DNA of 27,756 bases, taken from positions 1 through 27,756 of the forward strand of contig CAXXWC010000016.1 in NCBI GenBank assembly GCA_963668645.2, in the 5' to 3' direction. This document shows positions 1-9,603 of this stretch, one piece after another (positions within the stretch are counted from its first letter, which is position 1; each line of letters opens with the position of its first letter). This stretch comes from Desulfobacterales bacterium. GTDB lineage: Bacteria; Desulfobacterota; Desulfobacteria; Desulfobacterales; UBA2174. The position numbers and the translations under genes are program-made. The notes below the pieces were generated by a model. The model saw nothing but the letters and a program-made list of their open reading frames with translations. It did no database searches and was not told the origin of the DNA.

Positions 1-881
1 GGTCATCACGTGAACCCTTGCCGGCGGCGGCGGCTCCACCGTCGTCAGGGGGGGCGGCGTTCCAGTCGGTCAGCTCGCCGAAACGCTGCAGGTGCTGCTC
101 CACCTGCTCAGGATGGGGACGCGTGCAAATGCAGCTTGACGTCGCGGCCGTTCACGTTGGCTACCAGGCTGTTGCCCCACCCGGGCCGCCTGGCGGGTGA
201 GATCGGCCGGATCATGCGATCCACGGACCCAGGCGTTGATGCAGGCCCCCTGCACGGGCGTTGTCGCCTCCCGCCTTATTTCGTCGCAGGTGCCGGCCGA
301 AAAGAGCCGGGGGCCATCGCAGGGCTTGCGGGGAGCCGGCCAAAACCGCCAGAAAGGCCTCGAAGAAGAGGAACATGCCCAGGGCCCCGGCGTCTACCAC
401 GCCGCTGCGACGCATCTCGGGCAGGGTTTTGGCGGTGCTCTCCACGGCCCGCACCAACGCGTCCACCACCTGCGGCAGGGCCTCGGCCGGCGGCTGATCC
501 ACCCCGGCCGTCAGGGCGCCGGCCAAGGGCGTCGAACACCGTCAGCATGGTGCCGGGTGTCGGCGCTGCAAGGGCCTGCCAGGCGCTACGGGCCCCGGCG
601 CAGGCCGCCGCGCAGAGGTCGCCGTTTCCGGCCGTCGCGCCGAAAACGGAAAAAAAAGCGGCGGCGATGTTGCCCGAGTTGCCGGTGGCGGCCTGAAGCA
701 GGCGCCGGACCATTTCCTCGGCGCAAATATCGGTCTGTCTGAGCGGGCTCAGGCTGATGCGCAGGTTGCGCCCCGTATCGGCATCGGCCACCGGAAAGAC
801 GTTGATTTCATCGAGCAGATCACACCAGGCTGCCATGCGTTCGTACCCGGCGATGCAGGCTTCGGAAAACGCCGCGGTCAA
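1..881 (-). CDS. DAK2-domain protein (fatty acid kinase FakA-like, possibly DegV-fused); runs off the left edge with at least 3 apparent frameshifts
   Basis: TTG at 881 with GGAGG 7 nt upstream. Motifs are spread over several frames: LDEINVFPVADADTGRNL, ATGNSGNI, PTPGTMLTV (ORF 276-1013); TLPEMRRSGVVDAGALGM (ORF 212-526); GNSLVA...VKLHLH below 175. Frame changes occur near 525, 255-270 and 175-178. Confidence 0.82.
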
Positions 882-1290
882 GGCGCGCCCTCCAGGGCCA
901 GGCGGATGGCGGGGGGATTTCGAAGGCCAGGTCCATGCCCGGCAGCTTGACCGCCACTTGTTCGCTGCGGGCGCGGGTGCAGATCTCACCACTCGGCAAC
1001 CGTCTGATTTCAAAGTGCATCACGATTTTGTAAACCGTCTCGGTGACCGTGGCGCGGCAGACGAATTCGTCGTTGGGCCTCAGGGGGGCGATATACTTGA
1101 CCTCGGTGCGGGTGATCGGAAACACGTAGCTTTCCTCGGTCATATGGCGGTACAGGTCGATCCCGGCCGCCTCGAAGAGGCCGAAACGGGCCAGGTCGAA
1201 GTACTTCATGTAGTTGCCGTGCCAGACGACCTGCATGGGGTCCAGATCGTGGAACGGCACCTTGAGCCTGATTTCGTGGCTGGCCGCCAT
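878..1290 (-). CDS. Acyl-CoA/acyl-ACP thioesterase, hot-dog fold (YbgC/4HBT family, as found in aryl-polyene clusters)
   Basis: VPFHDLDPMQVVWHGNYMKYFDLAR signature and EVKYIAPL. As sequenced, the ORF runs to 820. Adding one base in the G6 run at 911-916 gives ...AIRLALEGAP-stop at 878-880, overlapping the DAK2 TTG start (TTGA). Confidence 0.9.
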
Positions 1291-1487
1291 GGCCTTCTCC
1301 GCTGGACGTTAATGATGGGAAATCCTGATAGTGCATCGCCCCTCAAAATGCAAGATCGGCGCCAGTCGCATTGGGTGAATGCCGTCTAAAAGGGCCTTGA
1401 CACTGCCGGCGGTTTCGAAGGAGAAAAGCAGACCGGACCGCAGGTGCGGCCCGGCCCGATGGCAACCCTTACCGCTGCCTGGCCGCC

Positions 1488-4400
1488 TTGCAACAGCAAA
1501 GCCGTTCATCCAAATCGCCCCCGGATCCTTCCCTGGAAGCTCAAGACCGCGCCGCTGGCCTGCGGGTCCGCTGGCTGCCTCTGTGCGTGGTGGGGCTGAT
1601 CCTGGCCGCGGTGCTGGCCCTGGCCCTGTTGCGTATCACCGTGGATACGGACGTGGCCGGAACCCTGCCCACCGGCGACCGGGTGGTTGCCGACGCCATG
1701 TATCTTTTCCGCCATCACCCCATCAAGGACCGGATCGCCGTTGACGTCGGCCTGCCGGTGAGCGACCGGCCCCGGCTCATCGCCGCGGGCCGGCGGGTGG
1801 AGGCGGTCCTGGCGGCAAGCGGCCTTTTTGCCCAGGTGGGCCTGGACCGGATCCAGCGCCACCTGCCGGCCCTGCTAAACCATATCGACCAGGATCTGCC
1901 GCTGCTCTTGACGGCCGGCGATCTTCAGCGGCATGTGCTGCCGCGCCTGGAACGGGCCCGCATCGCGCAGCGCCTCGACCGGGTGAAAATAGACCTCCAG
2001 GGGCTGGACGGCATCGGCCGGGCCAGGGAATTTTCCCGCGATCCGCTCGGGCTGAATCAGATCGTGCTGGCCCGCCTGGCCCACCTGGCCCCCACCAGCG
2101 GCGGGACCTTTGTCCAGGGGCACCTGGTTTCGGCCGACGGCCGGCATCTGCTCATCCCGGCAACGCCTAAAGGCTCGGGTACCGACACGGCGCTGGCCCG
2201 GCGCCTGACCGGTCTGATCCGGGACCTGGAAGCGGACCTCAACGCCGGTAAAAACGGTCCAGAAACGGTGACCCTCACCGCCGTGGGGGCCTTTCGCGCC
2301 GCGCTGGACAACGAAACCATCGTGCGCCGGGACGTCAACAGCGCCATCGCCTGGGCCACGGCGGGCATTGCCGTGCTGCTGCTGTTCGCTTTTACCCGGC
2401 CATTGATCGGATTGCTGGCCTTTTTGCCGGCCCTGGCCGGCGTGGTTGCAGCCCTGGCTGTGTTCGCCTTCTGGGCGGGGCGGATCTCGGTGCTGGTGCT
2501 TGGCTTCGGCGGGGCCGTGATCTCCATCAGCGTGGATCATGGCATCGCCTATCTGCTCTTTCTGGAGCAGTCCGCCGGGGGCGACAGCCGCCGGGCGGCC
2601 TATGAGATCCGCGCCGTCGGAATGCTGGCGGTCCTGACCACCCTGGGTGCCTTCGGAATTCTGGGGCTGAGCCCTTTTCCGATCTTTGCCCAGCTAGGCC
2701 GTTTCACCGTCCTGGGGATCGGGGCCGCTTTTATCTTCGTGCATACCGTCATGCCCCGGCTTTTTATCCACCGGGGCGCGGCGGTGCCGACGGCGACGCC
2801 TGCCGCACCCCTGGCGCGCCTGGCGGCCCGGGTGCCCAGCCCCGGTCTTTGGGGTGCGGTCGCCGCCGGGGTCCTGATGCTGGCCCTGGCCGGTTTTGCC
2901 CAGGTGCGCCTGGACACCCGCCTCGAACGCATGAACAGCATCAGCGCCTCGACCCGGGATGCCGAAGCGCTGATTGCACGGGTCTGGGGCAACGTCTTCG
3001 AGCGGGTCTACCTGATGATCGAGGCCCAGCGTCCCGAAGATCTCCAGCGCCGCGGCGACGCCCTGCTGGGTCGGCTGGAGGCCGAGGCGGAGGCCGGGCG
3101 GGTGGCGGCGGCGGTCACGGCCGCCTCCTTTTTTCCCGGCCCCGGGCGCCAGAGCGCCAACCGCAGCGCCTGGAGCGCATTCTGGACCGCCGGGCGGGTG
3201 GCCCGGCTGCGCGCCGACCTGGCGGCCGAGGCCGAAGCGCGGGGATTCCGGCCTGAAGCCTTCGCCCCCTTTTTCCGGGAGCTGAACGCGCCGCCGCCGG
3301 TGGACGCGACGCCGCTGCCGGAGGATCTGAGCGCATTTCTGGGATTGTCCCGGGACCTGCAAAACGGCCTCTGGCGCCAGGTGGCCTGGATTGCGCCCGG
3401 GCCCGGCTACGATGCCGGGGATCTTTTCCAGCGGCTGGGCAAAACGGCCCATATTTTCGACCCGGCGTTTTTCGCCCAGCGTCTGGGCCGGCAGCTTTCG
3501 GATACTTTTAAGCATCTTATGGCGGTCGTCGGCGCCTGTATGGGGATCTTGCTGCTGATTTTTTTCGCCGACCTGGGGCTTGTCTGCATCGCGCTGCTGC
3601 CCCTGGTCTTTGCCGTGGTTTGCACCCTGGGCACCCTCGGTTTGATGGGCCGGCCCCTGGACATCGCGGCCCTGATGCTCGGGGTGGTGATCCTGGGCCT
3701 GGGAGTTGACTATGCCCTCCTGCTGATCGGCGCCTTCCAGCGCTACCAGCGCCTGGACCATCCGCGCATGGCCAGGGTGCGCCTGGCGATCCTGCTGGCC
3801 GGCGGATCGACCCTGATCGGCTTCACTGTACTGGCGCTGGCCGATCATACCGTTTTGCAAAGCGCCGGGACCACCTCGGCCCTGGGTATCGGCTACTGCC
3901 TGATCGGCGCCTTTCTCATCGTGCCGCCCCTGCTGCAAAGGCGGTTGCGGCCGCCGCGTCCCGGGCCGCTGAGCGCCCGCGACCGTTATCGCAACCTGGC
4001 CTCCTGGCCCCGCCTGGTGGCCCGTTTCAGGCTCGGCTTTGATCCGATTTTTGCCGAACTTGAACCCTTGCTGGGGGATTTGCAGCCGCTTTCCACGATC
4101 ATCGAGGTCGGCTGCGGATACGGATTGCGCGGTGCTTGGCTCCTGGAGCGGTATCCCGCGGCCGTGATCTGGGCCACCGACCCGGACCCGGAACGGGCAA
4201 GGGTGGCAGGCCTGGTTCTGGGCCGAAGCGGGATCGTGGTCCAGGCGGGCGCCTGCCAGGCGCCGGACCCGCCCCGGCCCGCCGATCTGGCCCTGATGAT
4301 CGACGCGGATCGCCACCTGAACGACGCGGCCCTGAAACAGGCCCTGGAGCGGCTGCGATCCTGCCTGGCTGAGGGCGGATGTTTGGTGGTGCGCTCGCTG

Positions 4401-4688
4401 GCGGCACCGGCGCGCCGGTACCCGGCAAAATTTCTGGAGCACACCCGGCTGCGGCGAAAAGATCTGCGCCTCTGCCGGCGTTCGGCGAAAACCCTGGGGC
4501 GGATTATTCGGGAAAGCGGGTTCGAACTCGAAACGTGGGCAGCTTCCGGACGGCGTCGAAATCGGGTCTGGGCCCTGGCAAGGGCCAACGGCCGCCAAAC
4601 AGGGGATGGTGCCCCGCAGGACGGCGGCGGGGCGTTTCAGCCCGGACCGGGCGCGTTGCGCCAGCAGAGCGGGTCCGAGGCCAAATAA
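1488..4688 (+). CDS. MMPL/RND-type exporter with fused C-terminal class I SAM-dependent methyltransferase domain
   Basis: 1066 aa with two repeats of TM + large loop + ~5 TM (ISISVDHG, LGLGVDYA, GSTLIGF). The C-terminal region has the motif-I sequence IIEVGCGYG and DPDPER. The TTG start is uncertain. Confidence 0.88.
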   Translation: MQQQSRSSKSPPDPSLEAQDRAAGLRVRWLPLCVVGLILAAVLALALLRITVDTDVAGTLPTGDRVVADAMYLFRHHPIKDRIAVDVGLPVSDRPRLIAAGRRVEAVLAASGLFAQVGLDRIQRHLPALLNHIDQDLPLLLTAGDLQRHVLPRLERARIAQRLDRVKIDLQGLDGIGRAREFSRDPLGLNQIVLARLAHLAPTSGGTFVQGHLVSADGRHLLIPATPKGSGTDTALARRLTGLIRDLEADLNAGKNGPETVTLTAVGAFRAALDNETIVRRDVNSAIAWATAGIAVLLLFAFTRPLIGLLAFLPALAGVVAALAVFAFWAGRISVLVLGFGGAVISISVDHGIAYLLFLEQSAGGDSRRAAYEIRAVGMLAVLTTLGAFGILGLSPFPIFAQLGRFTVLGIGAAFIFVHTVMPRLFIHRGAAVPTATPAAPLARLAARVPSPGLWGAVAAGVLMLALAGFAQVRLDTRLERMNSISASTRDAEALIARVWGNVFERVYLMIEAQRPEDLQRRGDALLGRLEAEAEAGRVAAAVTAASFFPGPGRQSANRSAWSAFWTAGRVARLRADLAAEAEARGFRPEAFAPFFRELNAPPPVDATPLPEDLSAFLGLSRDLQNGLWRQVAWIAPGPGYDAGDLFQRLGKTAHIFDPAFFAQRLGRQLSDTFKHLMAVVGACMGILLLIFFADLGLVCIALLPLVFAVVCTLGTLGLMGRPLDIAALMLGVVILGLGVDYALLLIGAFQRYQRLDHPRMARVRLAILLAGGSTLIGFTVLALADHTVLQSAGTTSALGIGYCLIGAFLIVPPLLQRRLRPPRPGPLSARDRYRNLASWPRLVARFRLGFDPIFAELEPLLGDLQPLSTIIEVGCGYGLRGAWLLERYPAAVIWATDPDPERARVAGLVLGRSGIVVQAGACQAPDPPRPADLALMIDADRHLNDAALKQALERLRSCLAEGGCLVVRSLAAPARRYPAKFLEHTRLRRKDLRLCRRSAKTLGRIIRESGFELETWAASGRRRNRVWALARANGRQTGDGAPQDGGGAFQPGPGALRQQSGSEAK

Positions 4689-4858
4689 TCTCCGGTGAGC
4701 TGGAAGGCGGCCCCGCGGCAGCCGTAGCAACCGGCGGCCAGTTCACAGGTGCGGCAAGGCCCCTTGATGGTCCGGCGATAGTTGCGCAAATCGGCCAGAA
4801 CCCGGCTTTGGGCCAGGATCCGGGCCAGCGGGGCGGTTCTGATGCTGCCCACGGAAAT
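4637..4858 (-). pseudogene. 3' remnant of a radical SAM/SPASM-domain gene
   Basis: 73 aa: VGSIRTAPLARIL...IKGPCRTCELAAGCYGCRGAAFQLTGDYLASDPLCW (Cx2Cx5Cx2C...DPLC). The sequence upstream of about 4860 is the antisense of the next gene, with no radical SAM CxxxCxxC and no credible start. Confidence 0.8.
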
Positions 4859-4883
4859 TCGACGGTTTGTGAGGAAGTTCAAA

Positions 4884-6245
4884 ATGAGTTGCCCAATGAC
4901 GATAGAAGAATTGCCGGATAAGATCCGGCGCATCCTATCAAGTCCCCCGGCCGGCGGCAAGGAGTCCGGGATCGAGCGGATCCGTACCATGGCGGCGCGG
5001 ATCCGGCATGCCGCCAGCGGCCCGGCCCCCCTCTGCCTGGGCTGCGCTTCGGGCGAGATCATTGCTGCCGCCCTGTTGGCCGGGCTGGCCGGGGCTCCGC
5101 CCCTGATCCTGCCCCCGGAGTTCAGCGCTCCGGTCCTGGACGCCATCCACCGGGCCACCGGCTTTCAGGCCCTCATCGCGGACCGGGAAACGGCATGCCA
5201 GTCACCCTGGACATGCATTGATCCGGAGGTGCCGCTTCTTGCAGCGCCGCTTTCGGCCGCCGGCCGGACCAGGGGCCCCCATGAGGTATGGGTCCATCTT
5301 TACACCGGCGGCTCCACCGGCACGCCCCGGCTCTGGTCCAAGACGGTGGCCAATCTTTTTGGCGAAGCTGCTTTCCAGGCCGAGCGGCTGGCCCTGACGC
5401 CGGCGGACGTGGTCCTGTCCACCGTGCCGGGCCATCATATCTACGGCCTGCTCTTTGCCGTTCTGGCCCCCCTGATCGCCGGTGCCCAGGTTGTACCCGA
5501 CACCCCGGTCTATCCGGCCGAAATCACCGCCGCCCTGGCCGCCACAGGGGCCACCGTACTGGTGAGCGTGCCGGCCCACTACCGTTTGCTGGCAGGCCAC
5601 CTGAGCCGGGATTCACGGCTGCGTCTGGCCCTCTCCTCAGCCGCGCCCCTGCCGGCGGCAGACGCCGAGGCCTTCTCCGCGGCCACCGGGGTCGTTCTGG
5701 AGGAAGTCTACGGGTCCACCGAAACCGGCGGGATTGCCACGCGCTGCCGGGCCCGCGGAGAGATCGGGCTGACGCCCTTTTCCTGCCTGGACTGGAAAAT
5801 CACCGACGGCCATCTGCAGGTCCGCTCACCCTTCCTTTCACCGGAACTGCCCCGCGATGCCCAGGACTATTTTCAGACCGCCGATCGGGTCGCGGCCCAC
5901 GGGACGGACGGGTTCATCGTCCAGGGCCGCAGTGACGGAATCGTCAAGGTCGCAGGCCGCAGGGTGGAACTGGAAACGGTGCGCAGGCGGATTTTGTCCA
6001 TCCCGGGGGTATCGGACGCCTTCGTTTTCGTGCGGCCGGCACCGGGCGGCCGCCAGAACGAGATCCTCGCCCTGGTCGAAAGCGGCCTGGAAGCCGCGGC
6101 CATCCGCACCCTGCTGCAGGCCGACCTGCCCGCCTGGACCCTGCCGCGCGTCATCCGGGTCACTGGCGCCATTCCCCGGGCCGCCACCGGCAAGTACAAC
6201 CGGCAGGCCATCGGGGCCTTGTTCGAGTCCTTTGATGAGGATTGA
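4884..6245 (+). CDS. AMP-binding adenylate-forming enzyme (acyl/aryl-CoA or -ACP ligase; aryl-polyene/xanthomonadin-cluster type)
   Basis: ATG at 4884 after GAGGA (4871-4875). Motifs YTGGSTGTP, HHIYGLLF, YGSTETGG, TADR, GRSDGIVKVAGRRV and the terminal TGK. Confidence 0.88.
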   Translation: MSCPMTIEELPDKIRRILSSPPAGGKESGIERIRTMAARIRHAASGPAPLCLGCASGEIIAAALLAGLAGAPPLILPPEFSAPVLDAIHRATGFQALIADRETACQSPWTCIDPEVPLLAAPLSAAGRTRGPHEVWVHLYTGGSTGTPRLWSKTVANLFGEAAFQAERLALTPADVVLSTVPGHHIYGLLFAVLAPLIAGAQVVPDTPVYPAEITAALAATGATVLVSVPAHYRLLAGHLSRDSRLRLALSSAAPLPAADAEAFSAATGVVLEEVYGSTETGGIATRCRARGEIGLTPFSCLDWKITDGHLQVRSPFLSPELPRDAQDYFQTADRVAAHGTDGFIVQGRSDGIVKVAGRRVELETVRRRILSIPGVSDAFVFVRPAPGGRQNEILALVESGLEAAAIRTLLQADLPAWTLPRVIRVTGAIPRAATGKYNRQAIGALFESFDED

Positions 6246-6262
6246 GGGCAGGGGGCGAAAAA

Positions 6263-6739
6263 TCAGGAGCGGTCCCGCAAGGCGAGGATCCGGTCAAAAT
6301 GTGCCGGGTCAACCGGCAGGACCGACAGGCGCTGGCCCTTCTTGAGCAGTGCCATGCCCTCCAGGGCCGCGTCGGCGCGAAGCTCGGCCAGGGGGATCAG
6401 GCGGGGGAATTTTTCCACGAAGCAGATGTCCACCAGGATCCAGATCGGATTTTCGAGGCTGTGGCGGGAATCGAAATGGGTGCTGGACGGATCCAGGGCC
6501 GTGGGGTCGGGGCGGGGAAGGCTGCAGACCCGCCCCAGACCCGCCACCCCCGGTGGGGTGGCGTTGGAGTGGTAGACGAGCACCGGGTCGCCGATGCGCA
6601 TCCGGTCGCGCATGAAGTTGCGTGCCTGGTAGTTTCGTACCCCGTCCCAGGCGGTGCGCCCGTCACGGGCCAGATCGTCGATGGAATAGATCGACGGTTC
6701 GGTCTTCACCAGCCAGTGGCGGTATTGCGCATCGCTCAT
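6263..6739 (-). CDS. EVE domain protein (PUA-like, Thy28 family)
   Basis: WLVKTEP, WDGVRNYQARNFMR, YHSN and RLSVLPV signatures. Its ATG overlaps the thiolase stop (ATGA at 6736-6739). Confidence 0.95.
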   Translation of the reverse strand: MSDAQYRHWLVKTEPSIYSIDDLARDGRTAWDGVRNYQARNFMRDRMRIGDPVLVYHSNATPPGVAGLGRVCSLPRPDPTALDPSSTHFDSRHSLENPIWILVDICFVEKFPRLIPLAELRADAALEGMALLKKGQRLSVLPVDPAHFDRILALRDRS

Positions 6740-8016
6740 CTGGGTCCCAGGCGCTCGAAGATCGCCGCGATTCCCTGGCCGCCGCCGCCGCAGATCGTTT
6801 CCAGGCCGTAGCGCGCGCCGCGCCGCTGCATCTCATGGATCAGCGTCACCAGGCGCATGGCACCGGTGGCGCCGATGGGGTGGCCTAGAGAAATCCCCGA
6901 GCCGTTGACGTTGACCCACCGCTCGCAGTCCTCTTCGCTCAGGTTCATCATCTTGGCGTCGGCCAGGGTCTGGGCCGCGAAGGCCTCCTGGATTTCGATC
7001 AGGTCGATGTCGTCGATGGTCAGGCCGGCCCGCTCCAGGCTCTTTTCCACCGCCGCGGGCACCGCCGGGTAGGTCAGGGTCGGATCGGCAGCCGCCACCG
7101 CATGGGAGACCACGCGAACCATGGCGTTCAATCCCAGTTCTTCGGCCTTGGCCGCGCTCATCATCACCAGGGCCGCGGCCCCGTCGTTTTCCGTCGAGGA
7201 GTTGCCCGCGGTGCAGATCCCGTCGGGGTAGACCGTCTTGAGGCGGGTCAGTTTTTCGAGACTGGTGTCATTCCGCGGCGGCTCGTCGCGGTCGACCACC
7301 ACGGTCTGCCCCTTGCGGCCCGATATTTCCACCGGCACGATTTCGTTGTAAAAACGGCCCGCCTCGATGGCGGCGCAGGCCTTGCGGTGGCTGCGCTCGG
7401 CCCAGGCGTCGGCCGCTTCGCGTGAAATGCCTTCTTCTCGGGCCGCGGTCTCGGCCCAGGTCATCATCGAGTTCAATTCGCCGAAGCGCTCCACGGGCTG
7501 GCTCATCACCCGGGCCCGCTGGATCCGGTCGAAAAAGGGCAGCCCCCACATGGAAAGAGCCCCGTGCCCGCGGGGCATGAAGCCCAACTTGTCGTCCTTG
7601 CCCCCGCCCAGGCCCCACTTGATGCTCTCTCCGGGGATGTAAAATTCGGTCCGGCTCATGGATTCGACCCCACCGGCCACCACGATTTCAGCGTTGCCGC
7701 TGGCGATCAGCATGGCCCCGTAGCGCATGGCATCCAACCCCGAACAACAGCGCCGGTCCAGCGTAATCCCGGTTACTTGCACCGGCCAGCCGGCCGCCAG
7801 CAGGGCCATGCGGGCGATATTGACCGATTCGCCGTTCTGGTAGGACTGGCCCAGGACCACCTCGTCGACCTGGGCCGGATCAACCCCGGCCTTCTTGGCG
7901 GCCTCGTTCAGCACCAATGCCGCCAATTTGTAGGCCGGCACATCCCGCAAAGCGCCCATGTAGCTTCCGATGGGGGTACGAACACCACTGACAATAACGA
8001 CCGGTGTGGAATCCAT
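6736..8016 (-). CDS. Thiolase (acetyl-CoA C-acyltransferase family)
   Basis: ATG at 8016 with AAAGGAG upstream. RTPIG, RRCCSG (nucleophile Cys), [41 protein letters not shown] and CGGGGQG. Confidence 0.95.
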   Translation of the reverse strand: MDSTPVVIVSGVRTPIGSYMGALRDVPAYKLAALVLNEAAKKAGVDPAQVDEVVLGQSYQNGESVNIARMALLAAGWPVQVTGITLDRRCCSGLDAMRYGAMLIASGNAEIVVAGGVESMSRTEFYIPGESIKWGLGGGKDDKLGFMPRGHGALSMWGLPFFDRIQRARVMSQPVERFGELNSMMTWAETAAREEGISREAADAWAERSHRKACAAIEAGRFYNEIVPVEISGRKGQTVVVDRDEPPRNDTSLEKLTRLKTVYPDGICTAGNSSTENDGAAALVMMSAAKAEELGLNAMVRVVSHAVAAADPTLTYPAVPAAVEKSLERAGLTIDDIDLIEIQEAFAAQTLADAKMMNLSEEDCERWVNVNGSGISLGHPIGATGAMRLVTLIHEMQRRGARYGLETICGGGGQGIAAIFERLGPR

Positions 8017-8108
8017 TACAACTCCTTTATCCTCATAATTTCTTTTGATCCTGCTCCGCGGCGCTTCGTACCACACCAACCATCGTACGAAAAGCCCCTT
8101 TTAAAATT

Positions 8109-8810
<702 letters not shown>

Positions 8811-8811
8811 C

Positions 8812-9531
8812 CTAATCCCCCAGATAAGCTTGAATCACACGTGGATCGGAGACTACCGCCGGTGGGGGCCCCTCCATCAGGATGGTCCCCTGGTCCAGTA
8901 CGATAACTTTTTCGGCGGCCTGCATGATGGCGCCCATCACGTGCTCGATCCAAAATACGGTAAGTCCGCGGCGGTCGCGCAGCTCCCGGATAAATGCCAC
9001 CGATTCCTGAATCTCCTGGGTGTTAAGTCCGCCGAGGACCTCGTCGAGCATCAACAGACGCGGTTCGGTGGCCAGGGCGCGGGCGATTTCGAGGCGTTTT
9101 TTCTGAATCACGTTGAGATGTTTGGCCGCTGTATGGGTCTGGACCTCAAGGCCAACCTCCGCCAAAATAGCCTCGGCCCGCTCCTGCCATTCAGATCGTC
9201 TCGTCTCCGGGCGGCGGTTGACGATTCCCACCGCCACGTTTTCCAGGCAGGTCATTTCACCGAAGGGCCGGGTTACCTGAAAGGTGCGTGCGACTCCCTG
9301 GCGGCAGATACGATAGGCCGGCAGGCCGCTGATCTTCAAGCCGTCGAACAGCACCGCCCCCTGGCTGGGGGCCATGGCCCCGGCCACGATGTTGAAAAGG
9401 GTGGTCTTGCCCGCCCCGTTAGGGCCGATCAGCCCCACGATGGTGCCGGCCTCTACCTGGAAGTCGACCCCGTCCAGGGCCCGCACCCCGCCGAAATACC
9501 GGCTTACCCCATGTCCTTCCAACAACGTCAC
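8812..9531 (-). CDS. livG: ABC transporter ATP-binding protein, LivG-like
   Basis: GTG start with GGAGG. FGGVRAL, GLIGPNGAGKTTLFN, ARTFQ, LEIARALAT, IEHVM and DPRVIQAYLG. Confidence 0.93.
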   Translation of the reverse strand: MTLLEGHGVSRYFGGVRALDGVDFQVEAGTIVGLIGPNGAGKTTLFNIVAGAMAPSQGAVLFDGLKISGLPAYRICRQGVARTFQVTRPFGEMTCLENVAVGIVNRRPETRRSEWQERAEAILAEVGLEVQTHTAAKHLNVIQKKRLEIARALATEPRLLMLDEVLGGLNTQEIQESVAFIRELRDRRGLTVFWIEHVMGAIMQAAEKVIVLDQGTILMEGPPPAVVSDPRVIQAYLGD

Positions 9532-9603
9532 GGCCTGCCTCCCTTTGCCCGAGATTTCGAATTTCGGTATTCGCCGTAAAACGCAAGTACGCGTTTATCC
9601 GCT

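Noticed and set aside
1397..1430. Perfect TTGACA upstream of the MMPL gene
   Set aside because: There is no credible -10 hexamer at 16-18 nt spacing.
2694..4730. 678-aa ORF on the - strand
   Set aside because: It is antisense to the MMPL gene, with Gly/Gln/Pro-rich composition and no domain signature.
4859..5158. N-terminal 100 aa of the 173-aa minus-strand ORF as part of a real SPASM protein
   Set aside because: It is mostly antisense to the AMP-ligase start and has no radical SAM motif. Only 4637-4858 looks protein-like.
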